Assembly (NCBI GenBank): GCA_031431215.1
Contig: JANPCZ010000013.1
Location: 8,903-72,902 of the forward strand
Origin: Myxococcales bacterium
GTDB taxonomy: Bacteria; Myxococcota_A; Polyangia; Fen-1088
Length of the DNA stretch: 64,000 bases
Direction of reading: 5' to 3'
Below, in pieces: positions 9,039 to 16,844 of the stretch (the stretch's first letter is position 1; each line of letters opens with the position of its first letter). The position numbers and the translations under genes are program-made. The notes under the pieces are model-generated. The model saw only the letters and a program-made list of their open reading frames with translations. It made no database searches and was not told the origin of the DNA.

Positions 9039-10052
9039 ATGGGCCAACCCTTGTCTCTGGTGGTGTACGGCAGCGCGCTTGGCAAGACCTCCGAGCGCTT
9101 CGTGGTCAAGCAGCACGGCAAGGTCATCGAGGAGAAGCCGTTCTTCCGGGTCAGCGAGATCGTGGTGCCGTCGCGAGGCGTGTCGCTGTCCGCAGCGGCA
9201 CTGTTCGAGGCGGTCACGCGCGGCATCCGCGTATCTTTTCTCGGGCCGACCGGAACACCCTACGCCCTGCTGTCGTCGTCGGCGCTGGTCGCCACGGTGG
9301 AAACTCGCCGAGCCCAGCTATCGGCCTACGACGATCAGCGCGGCGTCGAGATCTCGCGCGCCATCGTGGCAGGCAAGATCCGCAACCAGGGCCGCCTCTT
9401 GCGCTACTTCCGCAAGTACGAGACCGAGGCCGAACCCGCGCGGGCCGAGGTCCTGCACGACATCGCCGACCAGCTCGATGCGCTCGCGGATGCGGCGGAC
9501 GCCATCACCGGCGCCACTATGAAGGAGGCCCGTTTCCGCCTGCTGGGCGCGGAAGGCGGCGCTGCCCGGGTGTACTGGCGGGGCGTCACGGCCTTGCTGG
9601 AAGGGTCTGCCCTGTTCACGGGCCGCAAGGGTCGCGGCGCCATCGACCCAGTCAACGCGCTGTTGAACTACGGCTACGGGGTCCTGTCGCAGGCGGTGTG
9701 GGGCGCGGTCCTGAACGCCGGCCTTGAACCGTATGGTGGCTTCCTGCACGTCGACCGTCCCGGCAAACCGTCGCTGGTGCTCGACCTGATGGAGGAGTTC
9801 CGGGCGCCCATCATCGACCGCGTCGTGTTCGCGATGTGCCGGCGCAGCGAGGGAATACGCGTTGAGGCCGGGCGGCTGGATGAAGGAACGCGGAGGCTGG
9901 TGGCAGATCGCGTGCTGGAACGGCTTGGCGCCGACGCCCGTTTCGGTGGCCGCCGCGTGTCCGTGCGGGCCATCGTGCAGGCCCAGGTGCGCAGCATCGC
10001 GGCTTTCGTGCGCGGCAAAGGCAGCTACCGTTCGTTCGCGTTTCAATGGTGA
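9039..10052 (+). CDS. cas1: CRISPR-associated endonuclease Cas1
   Basis: 337 aa. Motifs NALLNYGYGVL, GLEPYGGFLHVDRPGKPSLVLDLMEEFRAPIIDRVV and the N-terminal beta domain (VVYGSALGKTSERFVVK). The reading frame is intact. Confidence 0.9.
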   Translation: MGQPLSLVVYGSALGKTSERFVVKQHGKVIEEKPFFRVSEIVVPSRGVSLSAAALFEAVTRGIRVSFLGPTGTPYALLSSSALVATVETRRAQLSAYDDQRGVEISRAIVAGKIRNQGRLLRYFRKYETEAEPARAEVLHDIADQLDALADAADAITGATMKEARFRLLGAEGGAARVYWRGVTALLEGSALFTGRKGRGAIDPVNALLNYGYGVLSQAVWGAVLNAGLEPYGGFLHVDRPGKPSLVLDLMEEFRAPIIDRVVFAMCRRSEGIRVEAGRLDEGTRRLVADRVLERLGADARFGGRRVSVRAIVQAQVRSIAAFVRGKGSYRSFAFQW

Positions 10053-10065
10053 GGCACGTGGGCAC

Positions 10066-10360
10066 GTGGAGCTGCTGACTTTGGTCATGTACGACATCGA
10101 GGACGACCGCGTGCGCGGCAAGATCGCCGATGACTGCAAGGACGCAGGACTGGAACGCGTGCAGTACAGTGTCTTCCGCGGCACGCTGACCCGCACCCAT
10201 CGCAGCGAGCTGATCGCGAAGCTGACCGATCGCCTTGGGCGACCGGCGCGGCCGCTTCCTGGTGGTGGCCCTGTGCGAGCGCGACGTGCGTGACATGCGG
10301 GAACACATCAACGACATGCCGGGTACCGTGCCCGGGCGCGACGGGAGCGCGGCCGCGTGA
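10066..10360 (+). pseudogene. cas2: cas2 interrupted by a single-nucleotide frameshift
   Basis: Frame A gives VELLTLVMYDIEDDRVRGKIADDCKDAGLERVQYSVFRGTL...AKLTDRLG and then runs into a stop at 10291-10293. Frame +1 is open from 10226 and gives DRRGRFLVVALCERDVRDMREHINDMPG... with a stop at 10358-10360. Together they make a normal ~98-aa Cas2. Confidence 0.7.
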
Positions 10361-10440
10361 TGGAGCTGCGGGCAAGCGATCTACGCCAGTACCTTTACTG
10401 CCCCCGGGTCGTGTACGCTGCGCCGTCGCTCAAGCCGCAC
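10360..10440 (+). pseudogene. Possible cas4 5' stub
   Basis: The ATG at 10360 overlaps the restored cas2 stop (ATGA). Its translation MELRASDLRQYLYCPRVVY resembles the Cas4/RecB-like N-terminal motif (first cluster Cys in a CPR context). No further Cas4 similarity is visible, and the CRISPR starts 147 nt downstream. Confidence 0.3.
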
Positions 10441-10506
10441 ATGTTCTCGACAGCAGGCTCGATCTGCCGCCTTCCAAGGCCGCGGAACCGCAGTACAATC
10501 CGACCT

Positions 10507-10615
10507 CCAACAAGAACTTCCCCAACGAAGAGGGGACTGAAACGATCTGGCGCCGGTGGTTGGGGTGGACGTGATCTTTCCAACAGGAATTCCCCAACGA
10601 AGAGGGGACTTCGCT
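10507..10615 (+). CRISPR. Mini CRISPR array: 2 repeats and 1 spacer
   Basis: R1 (10507-10543) is CCAACAAGAACTTCCCCAACGAAGAGGGGACTGAAAC. The spacer (10544-10579) is GATCTGGCGCCGGTGGTTGGGGTGGACGTGATCTTT, 36 nt. R2 (10580-~10615) is CCAACAGGAATTCCCCAACGAAGAGGGGACTTCGCT, which is degenerate at its 3' end. The array sits directly downstream of cas1-cas2. Confidence 0.7.
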
Positions 10616-10685
10616 TTATCCCGCCCCCTTTTCTGTCAGCTCCCGCGGGCCCACGCTTCGCGGGACGCTTCGCGGGGCCCCGGCG

Positions 10686-10874
10686 CTACTGAGCGCAGCC
10701 GATCCGGTCGGTGCCGACCGCGATTTCATCGACCCACAGGTTGAAGCCGTCGGGATGCGAGGGCTCGGGGTGGGAGTTGTGCAAACCGAACAGCAGTTGC
10801 GCGTTGCCAGGCACGGTCCACGCTAGCTTTTGGCTAAAGCAAACAACACCCAGAATCCCGACGAAGGCGCGCAT
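10686..10874 (-). pseudogene. Relic ORF: C-terminal fragment of a secreted protein
   Basis: Hand translation gives MRAFVGILGVVCFSQKLAWTVPGNAQLLFGLHNSHPEPSHPDGFNLWVDEIAVGTDRIGCAQ*. Only the last ~40 aa look like a conserved C-terminal beta-strand region. The family is not identified. Confidence 0.3.
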
Positions 10875-10937
10875 TCCGACAGCGCTTCCGTTACGGGCGT
10901 AGCTTGTAGTGTTTGAAGTAGATGTTATCTGGGGAAA

Positions 10938-11121
10938 GATCACGATGCCGGCGGTGCCGGCGCGCGATCTGGCGCGCACACTCGCGCTGGTTCGGGCCAA
11001 GGAAAACCCGGCCACGCCCCTGCCCGCAATCACGGGCCTCGATCCCGCTGCCCGGCTCGCGTTCGAGGAAGACAACATCCGCAAGTCGTACGCCTACGCG
11101 CGCGCCAAGCTGGACCTGTAG
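10938..11121 (+). pseudogene. 3' fragment of the sugar phosphate isomerase gene (duplicate of 7221-7404)
   Basis: Its translation ITMPAVPARDLARTLALVRAKENPATPLPAITGLDPAARLAFEEDNIRKSYAYARAKLDL is identical to the end of 6397-7404 apart from one K-to-T change. Confidence 0.85.
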
Positions 11122-11285
11122 CGGCGCGCTCGCCCTAGCGCAGCAGCGCCCCGATGGCCTGGTACCAGACACTGGCGATGACGAGGTAGCCGGTGTCTTT
11201 GGGGTGAAGACGGTCCGCCATGAGCGCGGTCCTGTACGCGGGGTTGGCCGTGAAAGCCCCGTACATGTCGACCAGGATGATGTGC
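10938..11285. repeat. Right copy of the 348-bp direct repeat (partner 7221-7568)
   Basis: See the left copy. This copy contains the 3'-terminal isomerase fragment and the true 3' end of the SGNH hydrolase gene. Confidence 0.9.
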
Positions 11286-11983
11286 TTGCCTGCGGCGGCG
11301 CGGATCTCGACCAGCGGCGGCATGGCGTTGTTGTAGTCCCGTACGCGGCCGTTTGTGGTTTCGTCACCATTCGGCACGATCTGCGCCAGCACGATCAGTG
11401 CCTCGGGCGCGGCGGCGGTGATCTTGTCCAGCATCGCGCCCAGGCGCGCCGGTGCGTTCGCGAGGTCGAGCTTGATGTCGATGTCGTTGGTGCCGATCAT
11501 GAGCAGCACAATGTGTGGCTTGTGCGCCGCCATGACCCGGTCCACCAGCGGCGAGAGGCCCGCCCGCCCACCGCCGGGGTCGATGGTGAAACCCGAGTGG
11601 CCCTCGTGCAGGCGCGGAAAAACCGTGCTGTCGACCATGGCCGGACCGTTGCTGGCGGTGCCCACGAACGTGATCGTTTGCTTCTCGGCCAGGCTCATCC
11701 GAAATAGCGGCACCCGGTACCCACCGCCGCTCGATCCGAACCCTTCGGTGATCGAGTCGCCGAACGGCAGGATCCGGCACGCCATGCCGGCCGGTGGACA
11801 AGGGTTGTACAACGACGGCGATCCGTCCGGGCGATTCACCGTGACGGCGGGCGTGACCCAGTCAAGCGGCCCATCCGCGACGGCCGGCATGGCGTCGCCT
11901 GCATCGGCGCGAGGTCCACAGCCCGAAACCAGACCCAGCCAGAAAGCACCCGCGGAACCGACGGCGACAAGCAGCGTGCGCAC
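11135..11983 (-). CDS. SGNH/GDSL hydrolase-family lipoprotein
   Basis: Lipobox LVSGC, block I FGDSITEG, and later HSGF and GTND motifs. Confidence 0.8.
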   Translation of the reverse strand: MRTLLVAVGSAGAFWLGLVSGCGPRADAGDAMPAVADGPLDWVTPAVTVNRPDGSPSLYNPCPPAGMACRILPFGDSITEGFGSSGGGYRVPLFRMSLAEKQTITFVGTASNGPAMVDSTVFPRLHEGHSGFTIDPGGGRAGLSPLVDRVMAAHKPHIVLLMIGTNDIDIKLDLANAPARLGAMLDKITAAAPEALIVLAQIVPNGDETTNGRVRDYNNAMPPLVEIRAAAGKHIILVDMYGAFTANPAYRTALMADRLHPKDTGYLVIASVWYQAIGALLR

Positions 11984-12004
11984 TATCTCGACACGATCGC
12001 ACGG

Positions 12005-14896
12005 TCAGAACGCAGCGGCCAGCCCGACCCGCGCCGAGCGTCCATAGCGCGGCACGGTCGGCGACAGGACCTCCTCACCTACGGGAAACCCGGCGCCGTA
12101 GCCGCGCACGTCGAGGAGGTTGAACAGCCCGGCGAAGTAGCGCAGGCGCCATGCGCGGTACTCGCCCGACACGGTCACGTTCCACATGACGGCGTCGTCC
12201 ACGCGCTCGCCGGCGCGCGAGTGCCGGCCGGCATCGTAGAGCAACTCGTTACCGAGGCGCAGGAACGTTGGCACCAGGGCGTAAAGGCCGCGCACCGACA
12301 CCAGATGCGCCGGCGCATTGGCGAACGGCCGTTCCACCCCGTTTGCGTCGAGGGCGCGCACCCGCTGCCACGAGTACGAGAACACCAGCAACGTGGCGGC
12401 GCCCGGCTCCCAGCGCAACTCAGCCTCGGCGCCCAGGCTGCGCACGCGATCGGCGCGGTTCTTGTACACCAGCGCCTCGCTTGTCCCCGATATCGTGGTC
12501 GCGCCCAGTTCGATCAGGTGGTCGACCTGGTTGGCGAATACGGTCCCGACCAGGGCCACATCTTCCTCCAACGTGTGCACGTGCTCGATCTCGGCCGACA
12601 GGATGGTCTCGGGCGACAGGCTGACTGCCTGCACCTGGGTCGCGCCGCCGTCGTTGTAGAAACGCTCGTAGGCCGACGGCGCGCGGAACGCCCGACCGAG
12701 CAACAGCTTGGTGTTGCCGCCCCGGTAAGGCTGCGCGATGACCGCCAGGCGTGGATTCAGTGTTGAACCGAAGCTGTGCCGGTACTGATCGGCGCGCACG
12801 CCCAGATTCACCCGCAGCCAACCAGTCATGCGCCAGTCGTCGACCACGTAGCCCGACAGCACCAGCTCGCTGTCACCGCCAGCCTTGACTTGCGCAGCGC
12901 TGGACGGCGACCCCAGATCGATCTGGAACTGGCTCTGGGTCTCGCCGCCCACAGTCACACGCTGGCCCGCCAGCACGGGTAACTCCAGCCGCAACTCGCC
13001 GGTCACCCACTGGGCAGCAAACCGATCTGCCAGATCGTCGCGTGGCTTGCCGGCGTCGTCGGGCGTGAGCTTGTAGGTACCGCGGAAGCGGCTCATGTCG
13101 TAGGCCGCCCGGCCCGACAGCTTGAAAGCCCCCAGCGACGTGTCGCCCCGCAGCTCGGCATACGCACGCGTGTCGAGATAGTTCGTGCCCGGCTCTGCTC
13201 GGGTTTCGTAAGCTCCCGTCGGCACGTCCTTGTCACGCTGGTTCCAGCCCGCCCGCAGGGTCAGCGGCCCGACGCGTGCAGTGGCATCGGCATGATGGGC
13301 GCGTTCGACATCGCCTCGGCGCACCGAGGTGGCACCGTCCAGTAGCCGGTACTGCCGGTCACCGATCTGCCGCAACGAAGCCCCGCCAATCGTGATCTCG
13401 GACGCCTCGCCACGCGCGCTCAGCGTCGCCCGGCCCGACAGCAGGCCGAGCGATCCACTTTGCACCAGCGCCGAGCCGTGCGGCCCGCGCACCGGACGCT
13501 TGCTGACCACGTTGATGACCCCGAACAGCGCGGCGGTGCCGTACAGCACCGAGCCTGGCCCCCGCACCACCTCGATGCGCTCCACGTTCGACAGATCGAC
13601 ATCAAGTTCGTGCCCCACGAAACCCTGGCCGACCGTGATCTCGTTGTACGGGTGCCCGTCCACCAGCACCAGCACACGGTTGGTGTAATCGCCCGGCGGT
13701 GAGAAACCCCGAAAACCCACCGACTCATAGCTACGGTCGTTGGAAGCAAACGCGCCGCGGACTCCCGCCAGCGCCTCGCCCAAGGTGGTCCAGCCGAACG
13801 CCGCGATCTCGTCTGCGGTCACCACCTCGATGGACGCAGGGGCATCTTCAGCGCGCACCAGGCTCTTGGTCGCCGCCGTGATCTCGGGCTCCGCGCGCCG
13901 CAACCGCACCTCCAGATACGCGCGCTCACCCTTCTTCACACTGACGACCGCGCGGAAAGTCTGCCGCCCTTCCCTGCTAATCTCGACGGCGCGCTCGCCC
14001 TCGAGAACCCCTTCGACCACCGCCGGAGTGAAGCCCATCTCGCGGCCGTCGATTCGCACCAGCGCGCCGTCGATGTTGGCACGCACCACAAGAGCACCTG
14101 TCGGCGGCGCCGCCGGCACCAGCGGCACGTCGATCGGAACCACAGCGTCGGGCTGGACCTCGACCTCCACCCGCTCGGTCTGGAACCCTGCCGCCGACAC
14201 GAACAGGACATGGCGCCCGGGCACCAGGCGCACCGCACCGGGCCCGTGGTGCACCACCTCGCCGTCGACGAAATCGCGCCGCACGTCCGAAATGGCGGGC
14301 AAACGCCGCAGTTCGATGTGGCCATAGATGCGCTCGAGCACCGCCGTCGCCCGCGCCTCCTTGGCCTTGCCCACGTCCACCACGACCTCCACCGCCCGGT
14401 AGCCCTCGCGGTCGAGGACCAGCGTGACCTTGCCCTCGGGCAGCGCCAGCAACTTGGGGGTGCTGCCTAGCGCCCCCAGATCGCGCCGACCCACGTAGAT
14501 CACGGCACCCGGTGGCTCGGTCGTCACCGACACCAGGGCCAGGTGTGGCCGCAGGCGATCGATGGCAGCTTTGATGGTTGCACGCTCGGCGTCGACCTGG
14601 TTCGGTGTATCCAGCGCCGACCACAGACGAAACGCCTCGTCGTACAGCTTGAGCTGTTCGAGGCAGCGCGCGATGTTGAACTGCACATTGCGATTCGCGA
14701 CCAGACGGTTCGACGCGTAGTACGCGGTCAGGGCGTCGTCGAAACGGCCCTGCCGGTAAAACTGATTGCCGCGCACGAAGTGGAACTGCGCCTCATCGGC
14801 CACGTCGGCCGCTGCGGCCGGCGCCGCGAACGCCGGCGCGAGCGCGCCCACCATCAACGCCACGACCATCGACACGATCCGAACCGGCGAGGCCAT
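12005..14896 (-). CDS. TonB-dependent outer-membrane receptor with an N-terminal TPR plus ~3 PEGA-like domains
   Basis: Signal peptide MASPVRIVSMVVALMVGALAPAFA (ATG at 14896 preferred). A TPR-like segment is followed by PEGA-like units (VSVTTEPPGAVIYVG...EGYRAVEVVV and others). Plug motifs are IEVVTADEI, GFRGF, VLVDG and IERIEVVRGPGSVLYG. The barrel ends ...ARVGLAAAF. Confidence 0.8.
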   Translation of the reverse strand: MASPVRIVSMVVALMVGALAPAFAAPAAAADVADEAQFHFVRGNQFYRQGRFDDALTAYYASNRLVANRNVQFNIARCLEQLKLYDEAFRLWSALDTPNQVDAERATIKAAIDRLRPHLALVSVTTEPPGAVIYVGRRDLGALGSTPKLLALPEGKVTLVLDREGYRAVEVVVDVGKAKEARATAVLERIYGHIELRRLPAISDVRRDFVDGEVVHHGPGAVRLVPGRHVLFVSAAGFQTERVEVEVQPDAVVPIDVPLVPAAPPTGALVVRANIDGALVRIDGREMGFTPAVVEGVLEGERAVEISREGRQTFRAVVSVKKGERAYLEVRLRRAEPEITAATKSLVRAEDAPASIEVVTADEIAAFGWTTLGEALAGVRGAFASNDRSYESVGFRGFSPPGDYTNRVLVLVDGHPYNEITVGQGFVGHELDVDLSNVERIEVVRGPGSVLYGTAALFGVINVVSKRPVRGPHGSALVQSGSLGLLSGRATLSARGEASEITIGGASLRQIGDRQYRLLDGATSVRRGDVERAHHADATARVGPLTLRAGWNQRDKDVPTGAYETRAEPGTNYLDTRAYAELRGDTSLGAFKLSGRAAYDMSRFRGTYKLTPDDAGKPRDDLADRFAAQWVTGELRLELPVLAGQRVTVGGETQSQFQIDLGSPSSAAQVKAGGDSELVLSGYVVDDWRMTGWLRVNLGVRADQYRHSFGSTLNPRLAVIAQPYRGGNTKLLLGRAFRAPSAYERFYNDGGATQVQAVSLSPETILSAEIEHVHTLEEDVALVGTVFANQVDHLIELGATTISGTSEALVYKNRADRVRSLGAEAELRWEPGAATLLVFSYSWQRVRALDANGVERPFANAPAHLVSVRGLYALVPTFLRLGNELLYDAGRHSRAGERVDDAVMWNVTVSGEYRAWRLRYFAGLFNLLDVRGYGAGFPVGEEVLSPTVPRYGRSARVGLAAAF

Positions 14897-14900
14897 GGGT

Positions 14901-16568
14901 TCAGCGTTGGTCCTTGATGTCATCGAAGGCCGGTTTAGGCTTGCCCGCAGACCCAGCCGGCCTGGCCGAGGCCGGCTTACCGGGCGACAATTTCCGCAGT
15001 TTCGCTTTCAGCTTCAACCCCGGTGACGGCTGCGCCCTGATGGTCTCGCGCCGGTAGCCGTCGAGCGCGAACTCGAATGTGGCCGGCTCATCCGTGGCGG
15101 TGACACCGGGCAGCTTGAACAGCGCAGGCGTGGTTGCCACCACGACCCCACCCATCGTGACGGTGGCGCCCGCAGGCTCACTGTCGAGCCCAATCTCGAT
15201 CGGTGCCACGTCGGCTGCACGTGCGGCTACCGGCGCCACCGGTTCGGCCATGGGAGCCGGCGCAGCCGGTGCCGGCACGGCCAGCGCCGGTCGCGGGGCA
15301 ATGGCCTCGACGTCCGGGCCGGGCGCCGTGGTCTGCGTCCGGAACAACTGCCCGCCCGCCACCACCGCCAGCGCGACCGCCAGGGCCAGCCCACCCACCT
15401 TGATGGTCCACCCGCGCCGCGCGACCCGCACCGTGGTCGCCGCTGGCGGCCGATCGATGGTCACCCCACGCGACAGCGTGGTCATCGCCGACAGCGGCCG
15501 CGGCGCGATCGGCGCCGGCCGCGGTCGCGGCGTCTTGTACGGCGGCCCGGGCTCGGCGCCGCCGCCGGCCGCCACCAACTCGTCCTGCAGGTCGAGCAGG
15601 AACTCGTCCATGGTCGGGTAGCGGGTCTCGGGCAACTTCGCCAGCGCCCTCAAGATCGCCGCCTCCAGCGCCACGGAGATGGCCGGGCTGTGACCGCGCG
15701 GCGGCACCGGCGCCTGGTTGATGTGCATGTTGATCAGCGCCCCCACGCCCTCCGACAGGAACGGGGGCTCCCCGCACACCATCTCGTACAGAATCACCCC
15801 CAACGAATAGACATCGCTGCGAGCGTCGACTTCCTTCACACCCAGACACTGCTCGGGCGACATGTAAAGCGGGGTGCCCATGAGCACGCCGGTGCGGGTC
15901 CGATGCGACTGCCCCTCGGCGTTCTGCTGCAGCTTGGCGATGCCGAAGTCCAGGATCTTGACCTGCTTGTGCCCAGCTACCCGCGGGTTTTCGGTGAGAA
16001 ACAGGTTCTCGGGCTTGAGATCGCGGTGAATGATCTTCTTCTCGTGCGCCGCTGCCAGCGCCTCGGCCACCTGGCACGCCCAGTCGAGCGCGATGATGAT
16101 GGCGGGCCGATGCTCGCGCAGCTCGGCCTGCAGGGTCCGGCCATCGAGGTACTCCATCACAATGTACGGCGTGCCGTCGGGCAGGGTGCCGTAGTCGTAG
16201 ATGTCGACGATGCTCGGGTGATGAACCGCGTTCGACGCGCGCGCCTCGGTGAAGAAGCGACTGACCAGCTGCTTGTCGCGCGCGAGGTAAGGGTGCAGGA
16301 CCTTGATGGCCGCCTTGCGCTCGATACCCGGGTGGAGCGCCAAGTAAACCTTGCCCATGCCCCCTTCCCCGAGCAGCTCGCGAACCTGATAGTTGCCGAT
16401 GGTCGTGCCGATCAAACGCTGGCCCGGCGGGATTATCGGCCTCGAAAAACCAATTAGCAACGCGAGCGACACGCCAGCCTGCGCGACCGCCGCTTCAGTC
16501 GAGGCGGCAATCTTCGACACCGAGGCTGGCGCCGCTTCGGGCGCGCCTCTTGGCGTCGACTTCAGCAT
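14901..16568 (-). CDS. Membrane Ser/Thr protein kinase with a periplasmic C-terminal PEGA domain
   Basis: Kinase motifs GEGGMGKVYLA, HRDLKPENLFL, DFG and SPEQ. A Pro-rich linker is followed by TM GGLALAVALAVVAGG, then a PEGA-like IEIGLDSEPAGATVTMGG...DGYRRETI. Its stop lies 4 nt before the receptor gene's start. Confidence 0.85.
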   Translation of the reverse strand: MLKSTPRGAPEAAPASVSKIAASTEAAVAQAGVSLALLIGFSRPIIPPGQRLIGTTIGNYQVRELLGEGGMGKVYLALHPGIERKAAIKVLHPYLARDKQLVSRFFTEARASNAVHHPSIVDIYDYGTLPDGTPYIVMEYLDGRTLQAELREHRPAIIIALDWACQVAEALAAAHEKKIIHRDLKPENLFLTENPRVAGHKQVKILDFGIAKLQQNAEGQSHRTRTGVLMGTPLYMSPEQCLGVKEVDARSDVYSLGVILYEMVCGEPPFLSEGVGALINMHINQAPVPPRGHSPAISVALEAAILRALAKLPETRYPTMDEFLLDLQDELVAAGGGAEPGPPYKTPRPRPAPIAPRPLSAMTTLSRGVTIDRPPAATTVRVARRGWTIKVGGLALAVALAVVAGGQLFRTQTTAPGPDVEAIAPRPALAVPAPAAPAPMAEPVAPVAARAADVAPIEIGLDSEPAGATVTMGGVVVATTPALFKLPGVTATDEPATFEFALDGYRRETIRAQPSPGLKLKAKLRKLSPGKPASARPAGSAGKPKPAFDDIKDQR

Positions 16569-16844
16569 GGCAGCTGAAGATCTTTGGCGAGATCGCCGAT
16601 GGTACCAACAAGACGTCTACACCAGACGGTAAGGCAGCAAAGACGTGGGCTACGTCGGCAACACCCCCTCCGCCACCTGGGATGGTCCATCCAAGGCGGT
16701 TTTGCGCCACGTCAAGCTGATCTGAAGTCCTCACAATGCCCTGGCCACGTCCGATGGTTTGTGCGACTTTATACAAAGTAATGTCCGTGACTATTCATCT
16801 GGGCGGAACATCGGCCCAGACGGCCTCACCGGGGGACGGCTGAC

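Larger units (their letters stand above)
7569..10937. other. 3369-bp inserted segment (genomic islet) between the two direct-repeat copies
   Basis: Deleting one repeat copy plus this segment would restore an intact convergent pair: the isomerase gene facing the SGNH hydrolase gene. The segment carries HNH, hicBA, cas1, cas2, a CRISPR mini-array and gene relics. Confidence 0.8.

Noticed and set aside
10357-10692. 111-aa ORF reading through the leader and CRISPR repeats
   Set aside because: Beyond the first ~20 Cas4-like residues it just translates the repeats (TSPTKRGLK appears twice). It is not a real protein.
7569-10937. The cas1-bearing segment as a casposon
   Set aside because: I saw no terminal inverted repeats and no family-B polymerase. 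The boundaries are truncated genes, and the flanking duplication is 348 bp of host gene ends rather than a short target-site duplication.
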